From Hemiscyllium ocellatum (taxonomy: Eukaryota): a stretch of DNA of 64,000 nt. The stretch covers positions 44,826,498-44,890,497 of the forward strand of contig NC_083435.1 of the NCBI RefSeq assembly GCF_020745735.1, read 5' to 3'. Numbering within the stretch: position 1 is the first letter of the stretch; every line of letters begins with the position of its first letter. The position numbers and the translations under genes were made by a program. Shown in pieces: positions 34,101-46,059 of the stretch. The notes under the pieces were generated by a model. It searched no databases, was not told where the DNA came from, and saw only the letters and a list, made by a program, of their open reading frames with translations.

Positions 34101-37100
34101 TGGGTCATAATTTAAAGTGATTGCTGTTTTGATAACAATTTGAATTTAATCTACCAAAGTCAGATATCCCTTTCATGGCCAAATGTTACACATTTTCAAT
34201 TTTCCAGCACACTCTGGGACTGCCATCTCGCCATATGCACAGCTGCTTGTAAGCTCTCAGTTCAGACCAGCATTCACTCTCTCTCTTTCAGGCCTTCAGT
34301 TTCATAACAGTGGGTGTGTGTATAGAATAACCTGTCAGAGCCAGAGGCTGGCACAATTGCAACATTTAAAAGGCATATGAAAACGAATGGTTCAGAGGAA
34401 TATAGGCCAAATGCTGGCAAAAGGGACTAGATTAATTTCGGTTATTTGGTTGGCATGATCTGTTTTCTTGCTTTCTATCTCCATGACTTAGTTATCAATG
34501 CTCTAATGATCCTGTGATTCGACAAATAGGGAATACCAAGATTCCTCTGATTGCAAACATTCCCCTCTCCCTCACCATTCAAACAAATTCTGCTTTTCCT
34601 ATTTTTCAACTAATTTAATGCTTCTCCACATTGCAATGTTCTTGCCCTCTCACATACACGTTTTCTCTATCCCAAACCACCGTCTGTGTCCTCAGGTTTG
34701 TCCTGGCTACTGACCCTCATGGCCCTTGCTAGTTACAGCTCACCAATACCAATATGACCAGTTTACACTGACTGTCTGCTTTTGGTCCATTCATCAGTGC
34801 TGAATCCCATCAATCACTATTTTCTGGAATAACCTCATATCTGGCACCTTATCAAAACTGATTTCAAATTCCCATATTATACACCAGCTTCACTAGCTCC
34901 TCCTTTTATTTACAATATTCATTTTGTCTTTGAGAAGTTGAAGTGGATTGGTCAAAGATGATGTCCCAGTCATAAATGCATGTTAACTCTGTGTAAATAA
35001 ACTATGAACCTGTTACTTTGTCCCTAATAATAATATGTTTCAGTATTTTGCCTGTGACTGATGTGAGGCTCTCGCTGTGTGGATTCTCCTTCCTTTAAAC
35101 AGGATTGTTCCGAATGGAACAGGATTGGTCTGTTTCCTTCTTTTCACTATTTGGAGTGTTTGAGAATAGAAGGAACTGGGAAGATGAAAACCTCCCACTT
35201 GGCCCTCTCTGCTAACCCAGAGGTCAGGGTAAGTGGGTTCTCTGTGCGATGATCTTTGATTGGCTCTGTGCTTGATTGACAGGGATTCACACGGTCCAGA
35301 TAATGCATGGTTGTGAGCTCCAAGATGACGGGAAAAGCAATGGATTTCACCAGGAAGCCTGGGATGGCCAGGACTACATCAGCTTTGACAAGGAGCACAT
35401 GGTGTGGGTTACCCCAGTATCCTGGGGATTGATCACCAAGAACACGTGGGACCAGGATAAAGCCAGGAATCTACAGAGGAAGGCTTACCTGGAGAGAACC
35501 TGCATTGAGTGGCTGAAAACATACTTGAAGCAGGGAAAGAGAGAACTAAAACCCAGTGAGTGAGTGAGGGGGAAGGGGTTGGGGAGATTATTGGGGGAGA
35601 GAGAGTGAGGGATGAGGGCTGGGTGGAGAGCAGAGTGTCAGAATGTCTGAGAGAGAGGGAGTATTTTTCAATTCATTTATGGGATGTGGGCATTGGTGGC
35701 TTGGCCAGTATTTATTGCTCAAGTTCTCGTGTTCCGAATCGCTAGTCCAGTGACGTTATCACTCTATCACTTCCTTAAACACCACATCGGAATGAAAGTG
35801 AGGGTATGAGATGAGTGAATGAGGGGAGACTGAGGTTGAGGGGCAACTGAGTACGTAGAGGTGAATTAATAATAAGATAGGGGAGCAGGAGTGAGAGTGA
35901 ACAACAGGCAATTGAGAGTCATGGAGTCTGAGAAGTGGGAATTGGTGGGAGCAAAGATTGAGATGATAGTCTGTTAGGGAGCAGTGAATGATATTCATTA
36001 TTTCACCTTTAGATGAAAGGTCTAATCTCCAGATTATTGGGGAGTTTATGATTCCTTGGGTCAGGGTCCAACCCCAGGTTAAAGGGGGATTAAAGATTCC
36101 TTCGGATCTGGTTTAAACTCCAATTTGAAAGGATATTTATCAATCCCTGCGTCTTGCTTATGCAACGCTGATCTCTTTCACTTTCTCAGTTGCTCCTCAG
36201 ATGTTCCTTACTGTGGATACTGCATCAGCAACTGATTCAGCCCAACTGTCCTGTCTCGTGACGGGATTTTACCCTCGCGACATTGAAGTCATTCTTCTAA
36301 AAAATGACAGACCAATCGGGGAGACATACTCTACTGGCATTCTGCCCAACCACAATGGTACTTACCAATTCAGGAGGTGGGCAGTAATCAACTTGGAGGA
36401 CAGAGCCACCTATTCCTGTCAGTATGAACACAGCAGTGAAGGGTTGGAGACCCGACAGTTGGGTAAGAGCAATCGCAACTTTTGGGGATTGGGTATATGT
36501 GGATGACTGTAGGAGACAGTGTGTGTCTGGGACTGTGGCGGAGGATGGGTGTGTGTGTGCTAGGGACTGCGGGAGACAATGTGTTTGTGTCAGGGTCTTT
36601 GGGATGGTGTGTGTCAGAGACTATGGGGCTAGTGCCTGATGAGGGACTGGAGTTTCACTGAACTTGAAATACAAGGTTAAAAGGTTTCACACATGCTGCC
36701 AATTCTAAACTATGCACCACTGTCACACTGATCTTGTAATTCATCATGTGAATCTGTGGCAGTATAATGGCTCATTCACTCACTACAATCTTTATATTTG
36801 TACATCTATATCTATTTTATAAAGCAGTCAATCACTGATTTGTAAGAAATTCCCTTCACTGCAGCTCAATAAAAATGACAAGGATTCTGATCTTTCAAAA
36901 GCATCATAGCAGAAACTTCTAAAAATGAAACAGCTGTTTATCTATGAAAAACATATTGCGTAATTGATAAAATTGTTGAGAGACAGAGCTGTCAATTACA
37001 CACTGTTTTACCCTTTGGTGCAGCTATTTCAACATGCTAACGGACAGGCAGCTTCTCACCCACAAACATATAAAAAGACTTGCAAAGTGGAATAGACTCC

Positions 37101-40084
37101 CAGTTCGGGGCTACTTTGGGAACACTATTACAACCCACCTTCCAGCCAGAAAGACCTTTATTCATCCCCATCTTTGCATTGTCACTCAGCTAATTTCTTA
37201 TCCCTTAATTCTATTTGCCTGCATCTTCTTAACAAGCCTCCTTTCTGTGAGTTTGTTGAATGCTTCAACAAGTCCACATACGTAACATGTGCTGCACACA
37301 AACTTGATCAACTTTCCCTGCTACATTGTTAATCAGGCATAACGTCCCTTGAATAAATCCATAATAGTTTTGTACGATTAATCCAGGCCTTTCCAAATGA
37401 AAGTTGATTTTGTCCCTGATGATGATTTCCCCTGCTGTTGGACTGCTTGCCCTGTACTTTCCTGGATTTATCCTTGCTTCAATGAATGATGCTAGAACAG
37501 GAGTGACTCGACCCCTTCCATTTATCTCACCTGTACCTAATGAAGACTGAGAGATGGTGACCCATGTTTCTGCCATTTGTACATGAGCTTTCAATAATCT
37601 CTGACACGTTCCATCTGGGCCAGATAAATAACAAACCTAATGTCTTTCATACATCTTTCCATTTATCATTCTCCTATCTATAACTTTTGTCTCCATAACT
37701 AGAGTCACTAAATCATTTGCTTTCATTGGGAAGACTGGTGCCATGTGTTCATTTTGTAGTTTAACTGTAGTTAGGGTCATGTCTGGAGTATAATTGTGTC
37801 CACTTCTGAGCATTGCTCCTTCGGAAAGGTACAGTGAGAATGGTGTTGGGAGGAATTTAGCACAGATTTACCTAAATGTTGCACAATTTCAGAAGTTTAA
37901 TTATGAGGAAAGCTTACTGATCTTCACTGAGGCAGAGTAAGTTCATGGTGATTTTATCGAGTATTTTAGGATTCTTAAAGGAATTATTGATAAAGTCAAT
38001 GAAACAGATTTATTTTCCATGTCAGGGAGTCCAGGAAAAGGGAGAAGGCCTTCAAATCAGAGTCTGCCTCTCCAGGAGAGACATTCAAAATCTCCTCTTC
38101 ACTGTGCAGAGCTGTCTTCTATAAGACATAGTCAACCCGAGCTCAATTAATCTCAAATCTTATATCGATAGAGTTTTGGATTGTTAAAGGTATTAAGTAA
38201 GAAGTAGTTCCGATGCAGATCACCTGGGATCTCACCAAATAGTGGAACAGATACAAAGGGTCTGAATTGTCATTTCCTATTCTTCTTGTCTGAGATATTC
38301 AGCTGCTGGTGTTACAGTGATTGGTCAATAGTTTCCGGGTTCATCTCTGTCCTCTGGAATGTTATCTTAGTGATTTTCCAACCCTTTGACATTTCCCTCA
38401 TAGATGAGGAAGATAAGAAGATGGTGATCAGAGCCTCTGCAATCTTCACCCTTCAATTCCTCAGTAACCTACATTGTATCCCTCAGCCATTTTTTGACTT
38501 GCCATTCTCTTTACCTCAGTTCCTTCTCTCAATCTATTTTTATTCCATTTTATTCTCCCGCAGCCTCCTCCTTTTATTGTTTCATTGTTAGTGTCACTTT
38601 CAGTCAAGGTCTATTTTAAATACTTATTTAGTACATCAGATGTCCCCTATGTCTACATAAGGTAACCCTTCTTTTCATTATAACCAGCCCTACCCCTTCT
38701 GATCTGCTCTTAATTGCTTCATGTTGAGAATTTCACCTGGGCCAGCCTCCTTTTCAACCTTCTTTAGCTGAGTATATTCCTGTTTAGTTTTCTCAGAGCC
38801 ACTCCTAACCTCAAGATATTGTAATCAATGTTTCCTAAATGGTTTCCCACTGAAATCTGCATCCCTTATCCCACTTCATTCCGCAGAGCAAGCATTCCAG
38901 GCTTTTAACAAGTCCTTTGAATAATTACGTCATCTCCACTTTGCTCCCCTAGAAACCTTTGAACCCGCATTACTTTCACAAAGTGATTGACTGTGAGGAC
39001 TACAAAGTGGATTAATCAATTGTGTGACCAGGAAGGGGACTAATTGTGAGGTTGGCTGGTGATTTACCGCCCATATTGATGACTAGACTGGAATTTGGAA
39101 TGACAAGTAATTCCAAAGTTTGTAAAAAGAAAACAATCTTCATTTAATTATCTCCCTCCCTAAAGTGGATTACAAAAGTGTATTCCTTGTCACAGTGCAT
39201 CTTTCTAACCAGTACCACCCTCCAGTCAGACGGCCAATCACATCACAGACTGTAACTTAGCACGCAGGCTCATCCTTGGTACAGCTATTTCTGAATGAGC
39301 AGTGACTGTGATTATTTATTGAACACTGAACTCCTCCTCAATTGTCACCCCACCACAGTCGAGGCATTCCAACTATCTCCAAGATCTCTACAGGGAACAA
39401 ATGACCATTTGAATATTGGAATTGTTGCTGCTGTCCTCGTTCTGATTGGTATCGCCGTTGGTATAGTTGTCTGGAGGAGGAGAGGGAAGACAGCAGGACA
39501 GGATCTGCCACTGACAGGTAGGAGCAGCTTGAAACATCACCACAGTTGAGGAACATTACCCAAGAAGGTTTGGGGAGCAATTGGGAACTAAAGTTCCCAT
39601 GTAGTGTACAGTAAGTTTACGTGGGTAATGATGAGGGAGCAGCGTGTAACTGATGTCCCCTTGCGTAAATAGTAAGTTTGTGTGGGGCTGGTGTAAGGAA
39701 AAGACAATTGAAGTTCTGTTTTTGTGTGTGTCTCTTATAGGAGGAAAAAAGAAATCTGTTTATAATCTGGCAAATTGTAAGTGTGAAAATTATAAATACT
39801 TGTGTCTGTTTTTCTCCCTGTATCTGTCAGTGTACATCTCCCTGTGGATGTTTGCATTTCTGTCTCGAACAGTGCGTACATGCCTGCTTCGGTCCTGCAT
39901 CTGTGTTACTGTCTGTGCCTGTGTTTTATGTGTGTGTGTACCTGTCTTTTTGTTTATTTGGCTGTATCTATGAATTCCTGTATGTCACTCTCCCACCTTG
40001 TAAAGTGTCTGTGTGACGGAAATGTTTCCTTTTACAGCTACTGATTCAGGAGAATCACCCACTACCTCGTTCTCCTTGGCCTGA
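31058..40084 (+). CDS. UAA-like: MHC class I heavy chain (UAA-lineage-like), 7 coding exons: 31058-31106, 31981-32241, 35283-35555, 36190-36462, 39359-39517, 39741-39776, 40038-40084; 1098 nt, 365 aa
   Basis: All six introns are GT..AG and phase 1, as in class I genes; the spliced frame is open. Leader, alpha1, alpha2 (C..C), alpha3 Ig-C1 (C..W..C), TM and cytoplasmic YxxA tail are all present. Confidence 0.93.
31981..32241 (+). CDS. MHC class I exon 2, alpha1 domain
   Basis: (G)SHSLRYFYTAMTPIPGLPEFLAVGYVDD..PEYWEQQT..TALNRTNQNG; polypyrimidine tract plus CAG acceptor, GTGAGA donor. Confidence 0.96.
32530..34060 (+). mobile_element. CR1 LINE fragments in MHC intron 2
   Basis: WIQNWLADRRQRVVVDG..QGSVLWPLLF..FADDTKVGG..RPHLEYCVQF and a ttctatgttctatg tail; a separate shorter piece at about 32530-32830. 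Confidence 0.92.
35283..35555 (+). CDS. MHC class I exon 3, alpha2 domain
   Basis: GIHTVQIMHGCEL..AWDGQDYISFD..ITKNTWD..YLERTCIEWLKTYL; GACAG acceptor, GTGAGT donor. Confidence 0.96.
36190..36462 (+). CDS. MHC class I exon 4, alpha3 Ig-C1 domain
   Basis: LSCLVTGFYPRDIEV..LPNHNGTYQ..YSCQYEH; TCAG acceptor, GTAAGA donor. Confidence 0.96.
37190..38930. mobile_element. Several old CR1 fragments in MHC intron 4 (mixed orientation)
   Basis: Decayed CR1-like pieces at about 37190-37430 (-), 37770-38280 (+) and 38570-38930 (-). Confidence 0.55.
39359..39517 (+). CDS. MHC class I exon 5, connecting peptide and transmembrane helix
   Basis: IGIVAAVLVLIGIAVGIVVW followed by RRRGK; the CACAG acceptor at 39358 keeps the frame; GTAGGA donor. 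Confidence 0.85.
39741..39776 (+). CDS. MHC class I exon 6, cytoplasmic GGKKKSVYNLAN
   Basis: TATAG acceptor, GTAAGT donor, 36 nt, contains the conserved class I cytoplasmic Tyr (YNLA). Confidence 0.85.
40038..40084 (+). CDS. MHC class I exon 7, STDSGESPTTSFSLA-stop
   Basis: tttccttttacag acceptor; Ser-rich tail like class I terminal exons; TGA at 40082-40084. Confidence 0.8.
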
Positions 40085-40504
40085 GATATGAAGTCACATT
40101 CCGCAATTTTTACAGCTGAATAGACACCAAACTGGCATGAACTGTGGACCCATGGTACTAGGGGAGAGAGACTGGATTGTATGTCATCATTGCTTTCTCA
40201 CTTGACATTTGTGTTTCCACTCCGAAAAATCCAGGTTTGCGACCAAGTCTGGAAAAGACATCAATGCCAGTAGTGAAGTGAATAACTCTGGTCTTGAATC
40301 ATTCAGTTTCGTTTAATACATAGGGCTTTCATGATATCAATTTGTTTTTTGGAAGATACAGATTAATTTTATCACCGTTGAGAAGGCTAATGTCTTGTCA
40401 GATTGAGAGTGAAGCTTTTCTCTTCCTCCTTGACTCATCTCCTTCTGCAGCTGCTTACTATTCCTTGCTTCTCTTCCCAATAACAAATGAATCTTGTATA
40501 TTGA

Positions 40505-41225
40505 ATGCACACGCACACACACACACACACACCCCCATCCACACACTCACCCACACTCACGCAGACCCTCTCTCGTATACAAGGTCTCTCTCATACACTG
40601 ACACACATCACCCCCATACTCACCCCCACACACAAACCCTGTCAGACTTATACCCCATTACAGAAGCACACCCCCACACATGCACGCACACACACCCCAC
40701 AGACACACATTCACATGCTCACACTTACGCTGTCTGCCCTGCACACACACACACACTAATATTTTGTCAGTTGAATTTGTACTTTCAGAATTACATCCTA
40801 TTTCGCTCAAAACTGCCAAACTCCATGTAAGATCCTGTAAATCCCACTTTAGAAATAGAATCAGTCTGAACATTGGGACACCAACAGACTTTAACCTCAT
40901 GGCTTTAACCTCAGTATTCAAGCTGAGATGGCACTTATTGTTAAAGCTAACTTGAAAATATAGCTTTTAAAAAGTTCTGGGATTTACATATGAAAGAACC
41001 AAAACTAACATGGTCATTCGGAAAGATGAAAGACTTAACAAACAATCCAATTTTTTTCAATATATCATTTCAGTGGCATCACACTGTAGTCATTTGCTAT
41101 GAATTCTGTATCATATGATCTTATACTCCATAACCACCTGATGAAGGAGCAGTGCTCCGAAAGCTAGTGCTTCCCAATTAACCTGTTGAACTATAACCTG
41201 GTGCTGTATGATTTGTAACTTTGAC
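40505..41225 (+). mobile_element. CA-rich Penelope-associated 3'/pLTR repeat downstream of the MHC stop codon
   Basis: Degenerate (CA)n region at 40505-40760, then unique body, ending in a pLTR with a hammerhead core and aacctgttgaactataacctggtg. Confidence 0.65.
41135..41169 (+). ncRNA. Minimal hammerhead ribozyme motif, all core positions intact
   Basis: CAC-CUGAUGA-A-GGAGC-AGU-GCUCC-GAAAG-CUA-GUG: stem I CAC/GUG, 5-bp stem II, palindromic AGCU helix III, NUH triplet CUA. Confidence 0.68.
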
Positions 41226-42989
41226 TTACCTCTCGGTCAGCCTCTCGGTCTCCTGTTTATTCAAGGGAAGTATGGTTTCTCCCATTTCCCATTGTCTAAC
41301 TGTTGTCTGTGACTCTATCCAGTGACTAATCCCAATATTAACTATTCAATCTGAACTTGTCTAGTCCCCTCGTATTTCTGGTTTTGCCCTGATGTTGAAA
41401 AGTGAATCTTCTGGGAACCTCTTGTTCTATTCAAGGTCCCTGACCTGTTGCCAAGTTCAGTTCCCTGACGGATTCATCCTGCTAACTCTGCACCCTGACC
41501 AACAGGTGGATGCCACTGGGTCAAACACTGGTCCCACTTCTCCTTTAAAAAATTGGAATTAATTGACATTCCCTTCTCCTTGTTTAAACAACTTGACAAA
41601 AATTCCTCCTCATCTCTCTCCCCACTTTGTCACTATTGATGATCATTTGTTACATTGACTGACTCTTCCTATTAGGGAAAAATAATTGACTCCATCAAGA
41701 CACCTCTTCAGTTTGAAAACCCTTGATTAAATCCTCTCATTTCCTCTGCTCCAGTTCAGAGTCTGTGCACTGACCAATGAGTGAGATTAGCGTTGATGGA
41801 GGTTATGGTAGGGAGGAGGCCTGTTGATGAGACAATAATGTGCATGCTTTCAGTTTTTTTTTTCCTTCTTGATTTTTAATAACAAGTACTGAGTAATAGT
41901 TTGTATTGCAAGTTTAAATTGCAGTATGCAAATATTCATATAAGGTGTGAAAGCATGTGCATCAGATATCATCAAACTGTGACACAAAATGCAAAGCTTG
42001 TCACAGATGTATCCTGTTATGAACTTGTTGTGAAAGAAACGTTACCCTAATGTGAGAAGAGTTGTGTTCTATTACATTTTGGATAAAAATAGCCTCGATT
42101 CATTGATTAATAATTGTGTTACTGATCCATTTCTTGATATGTTTGACGGTGCAGTAACCTGAATACATTGTGAAGGTGCAGTAATTTGCAGCTTTCAGAA
42201 AGCAATAATTTGATTAACTGTAAGCTGGAGACTGCATGCTGGAGCAGAACATTGTCTGAACAGGACAGGGTGTAAGGCAGTACTGGAGATTAGTGAGACT
42301 TGTTGAGAGTTGCTGAGACATGTGATCCACTTCAGTAAATGTAACTGTCTGTAAAGATTTGATCAATATAAAAGTGACTGCTTGCTGGTCTAGTTTGAAA
42401 ATGGCCTGCTAAATCAGAAAATCTTTTTGAAATGATACACCTTAAACATTATCAGATGCAGGATCAGCAGTTACCAACCAACACACCCTGAGACCCAGTG
42501 TGGACCTTCCGGGAAATGGTTTCTGTTTAAATGATCAGAAATTTCTATTGTTGCTCCTGATTTTAAAGCTTTTAGAGTCTGACCAGAATCAATTGTCTTC
42601 TGTGACTCCCTCAAGGATTTCTATAACCATTCTAACTACAGAGAATACTGGGGACTGATTTGTGAAATCAGCACAGAGTTCAGATTGATAATGATGTTGT
42701 TCAGGAGGGAGAAAGGGTATATCAAAGAAATATCAGACACCTATCATTATTATGGTCATACTGGAGTCTGGTCTCATCAGAATTATCCCCACAGCCTGGG
42801 ATCAGCAGATAATTCCAATCCGAGCAGCAGGACAGTCAGTGAAACACAATCAGGTTTCCAGTTTATCACTTGGATTCATCCGCATTTGCAATAAAACGGT
42901 CTGAAAGGTGCTCTTTACCAGAGAATGTTTGAGATGAAATGTAAATCTTTCCTGATGCTGCACTGGAAGATACTTTATTTACTTGTGGG

Positions 42990-44530
42990 AATAGTTTGTT
43001 GTCCTTCCCTAAGAAGGTGGTGGGAAGCTGCCTTCTTGAACTGTTGTAGTCCACCCATGTTGTATGTTGACTTACAATGCCAATCAGGAAGAAATTCCGG
43101 GATTTTGTCCCAGCGACAGTAAAGGAACAGCGGTACATTCAAAGTCAGGATCTTGCAGTTGGTGGTGTTCCATGTATCTGCTGCCGTTGTCCTGCTAGAT
43201 GGAAAAGATAATGGATTTGGAAGTGCTGTCTAAAGGCAGTCAGGAGGTGAGTTACCACATTATTCCTCAGCCTCTGACCTCTTCCTATGTTTATGTGGTG
43301 AACCCAATTGAGTTTCTGGTCAATGGTAATCCCAGAAACAATTCGTAGTTGGGTATTCAGTTATGGTAATACCATTGAATAGCAAGCTGGAGTGGGTAGA
43401 TTGTCTCTTGTTGGAGATAGTCATTGTCTGGCATTTGTGTGGCCTGAATGTTACTTGTCAGTTTTCAGCCTGATGCTGGATATTGTACAGCTCTTGTTCC
43501 ATTTGAACACGGACTGCTTCAGTATTCGAGGAGTCACGAATGGTACTGAACATGGTTCCATCATCAACAAACATCCCCACTTTTGACTTTGTAATGCGGG
43601 TAAGGTAATTGAGGAAGCATCTGAAGATGATTGGGACTCAGACACCACACCAAAGAAGTCCTGCAGAAGTTTTCTGGAGTTGGGATGACTGACCTCCGAT
43701 AACCATAACCATCTTCCAATGTGCCAGGTATGATTCTAACCAGCGGAGAGTTTGCCCTCATGATACCCATTGATTACAAATTTGCTGGGGCTTCTTGTTG
43801 CCACACTTGGTCAAATGCAGCCTTGATGTCAAGGGCTGTTACTCTCACCACCTCTAGAATTCATTTCTTTTGCCCATCTTTGAATCAAGGCTGTAATATA
43901 CAGAGCTGAGTGACCCTGACAGACCCTGACACTAAGCAGATTATTGATGAGCAAAGGAATGCTTGATAGCATTGTTGATGACACCTTCCATCACTTTACT
44001 GATGATCAAAGGGAGTCTGATGTGCTGGGAACTAGCTTGGTAGGGTTTTTTCAGCTTTGTGTGTACTCGACTTATTTGAACAATTTTTCACATTGTCAGG
44101 TAAATGCCAATATTGTAACTGTCCTGGAAGTTTTGGAGTACAAGTCTTTAGGTTGTAAGGTCCCATAAACATTGCCCAATCCAGGAATTCCAATTATTTC
44201 TTCACATCACATAGAGTGAATTGAATTGGCTAAAGACTGGTGCATGTGACGCTGGTTTCCAGTAAAGGTGGCCAAGATAGACCATCCACTTGGAACTTCT
44301 GGCTGAAGATTGTTGTGGATGCTTCAGCATTTTCTTTTGCATTAATGTGTTGGGCAATTTCATGATTGAAGATGGAGATATTTGTGGACCCTCCATCAGT
44401 GAGTTGTTTAATTGTTCACCACCATTCACGACTGGATGTGGTAAGATTACAGAGCTTGGATCTGACCCATTGGTTGTCTGATCACTTAGCTCTCTCACTT
44501 GCTGTTTATGCTACTTGCAATCTGTCTTGT
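42990..44530 (-). mobile_element. Degraded LINE (second CR1-group family)
   Basis: Colinear with 13970-15535 (e.g. ttgatgtcaagggctgttactctcacc, ccatcactttactgatgat). Confidence 0.8.
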
Positions 44531-44949
44531 AGTTTAGATGATGTCCAATTTGAGCTGCTCTGTAAGGGAACTTTACAAATATTGTGAATAAAATCTACTG
44601 TGGGATTGTCAGAAGGTAGGTGGATAGAAGAAGAATATGAAAATGAAAAGACAATGTTACATTACATCACATCTTTTGTGACCAATAACGATCTCAAAGT
44701 GTTTTCCAGCCAATGATGAACTTTTGAAGGTTACTGTCCATTCAGTGTTCTATGTTTCCCTTGCTGGGTTGCGGGTGTCAGGGGAGAGGCCAGCATTTGT
44801 GGCCAATCCTTATTCCTCTTCAGCTCCCATAAAAGTCAACAACATTTCTGTGAGTCTGGTACCATTTGTCAGCCAGACCAGGTAGTGATCACAGATTTGC
44901 ATTAGCGATCCAGGTATATTTTCATCATTTACAGTCTGACTGCAAACGC

Positions 44950-45155
44950 AGGTTGGTAAGCTCACTGTCTGGATGGCAGGTTTGTAATGCAGAGACGAGC
45001 CAAGAGCATGAGTTCAATTCCTGCACCAGGTGAGGTTACTATGAATGACTGTCCTTCTCAACCTCTCCCTTCACCTAAGGTATGGTGATCCTCAGGTCAC
45101 CTCTAGTGGTCGATCTGTAATGAGAAAGCACCTGGTAAATCTGTGGTAGCTATAT
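44950..45155 (+). mobile_element. Second tRNA-derived SINE family, degraded
   Basis: ctcactgtctggatggcaggtttgtaatgcagag..gagttcaattcctgcacc (B box) then ccttctcaacctctccc..tggtgatcctcagg. Confidence 0.55.
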
Positions 45156-45492
45156 TACTATGACTAGCTTTATATTCCAAAAATAGGTATTGAATTCTAA
45201 TTCCAGAAACTGCCATGGTGTGATTTCAGCCCATTCCCCAATAGGACCACTGACCTATTGATAGAACCACAGCACTGGCTGCCTGTTTTCCGCTTTTGGA
45301 CAAATATCCATCCAACAAGTTCAAATTGTGGCCAGTCTTGACCTGATTCATCACTCAGTGCCGTATCTGCCTGCAGCACAATCCTCATCCATATCCTCAC
45401 TCCGTATTCCCACAAAGTGCCTCACCTGAAAGACATTGGAAACCCCTTCAGATCACGTCCGCTCATTTTTCTCAACTATGGTTCAACATTAT

Positions 45493-45802
45493 GGGCGGCA
45501 CGGTGGCACAGTGGTTAGCACTGCTGCCTCACAGCACCTGAGACCCGGGTTCAATTCCCGACTCAGGTGACTGACTGTGTGGAGTTTGCATGTTCTCCCC
45601 GTGTCTGCGTGGGTTTCCTCCGGGTGCTCCGGTTTCCTCCCACAGTCCAAAGATGTGCGGGTCAGGTGAATTGGCCATGCTAAATTGCCCGTAGTGTTAG
45701 GTAAGGGGTAAATGTAGGGGTATGGGTGGGTTTCGCTTCGGCGGGTCGGTGTGGACTTGTTGGGCGGAAGGGCCTGTTTCCACACTGTAAGTCTAAAAAA
45801 AA
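45493..45802 (+). mobile_element. Young HE1-like SINE
   Basis: Intact A and B boxes, CpGs retained, A-rich tail. Confidence 0.94.
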
Positions 45803-46059
45803 TAACCACATAGCCGTTTCTCAGTTGATCACATGGACTTAAGTCAGACTTGTGGCTGAGGCTAAAGTAAGAAACAGGATTATATATATAGGCAAGGTCC
45901 AAGCTAGCGTGAGGTGAGCTACTGATGAACAGTGTTCACGCAGAGTTTGTGGTGAAGCATGAACTGCAGAAATTATTGGTGATTAAAGACATATATTGTG
46001 TGTAAGATTGAAGCATTTGCAGCAATCTTCAGCCAAAAATGCCAACTGGATGATCCATT

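Noticed and set aside
32250-35990. CT-rich start of intron 2 and GA-rich intron 3 as an inverted repeat flanking the alpha2 exon
   Set aside because: Opposite purine skew, but I could not align them as reverse complements.
31981-36462. Identification as MHC class II, CD1/MR1/FcRn-like or a highly divergent lineage
   Set aside because: The three-domain class I exon structure and retention of 8 of 9 peptide-anchoring residues favour a classical-like (UAA-related) heavy chain.
40337-40955. His/Thr-rich and Val/Cys-rich ORFs (also 39653-40044 and 58278-58597)
   Set aside because: Translations of (CA)n/(GT)n low-complexity DNA.
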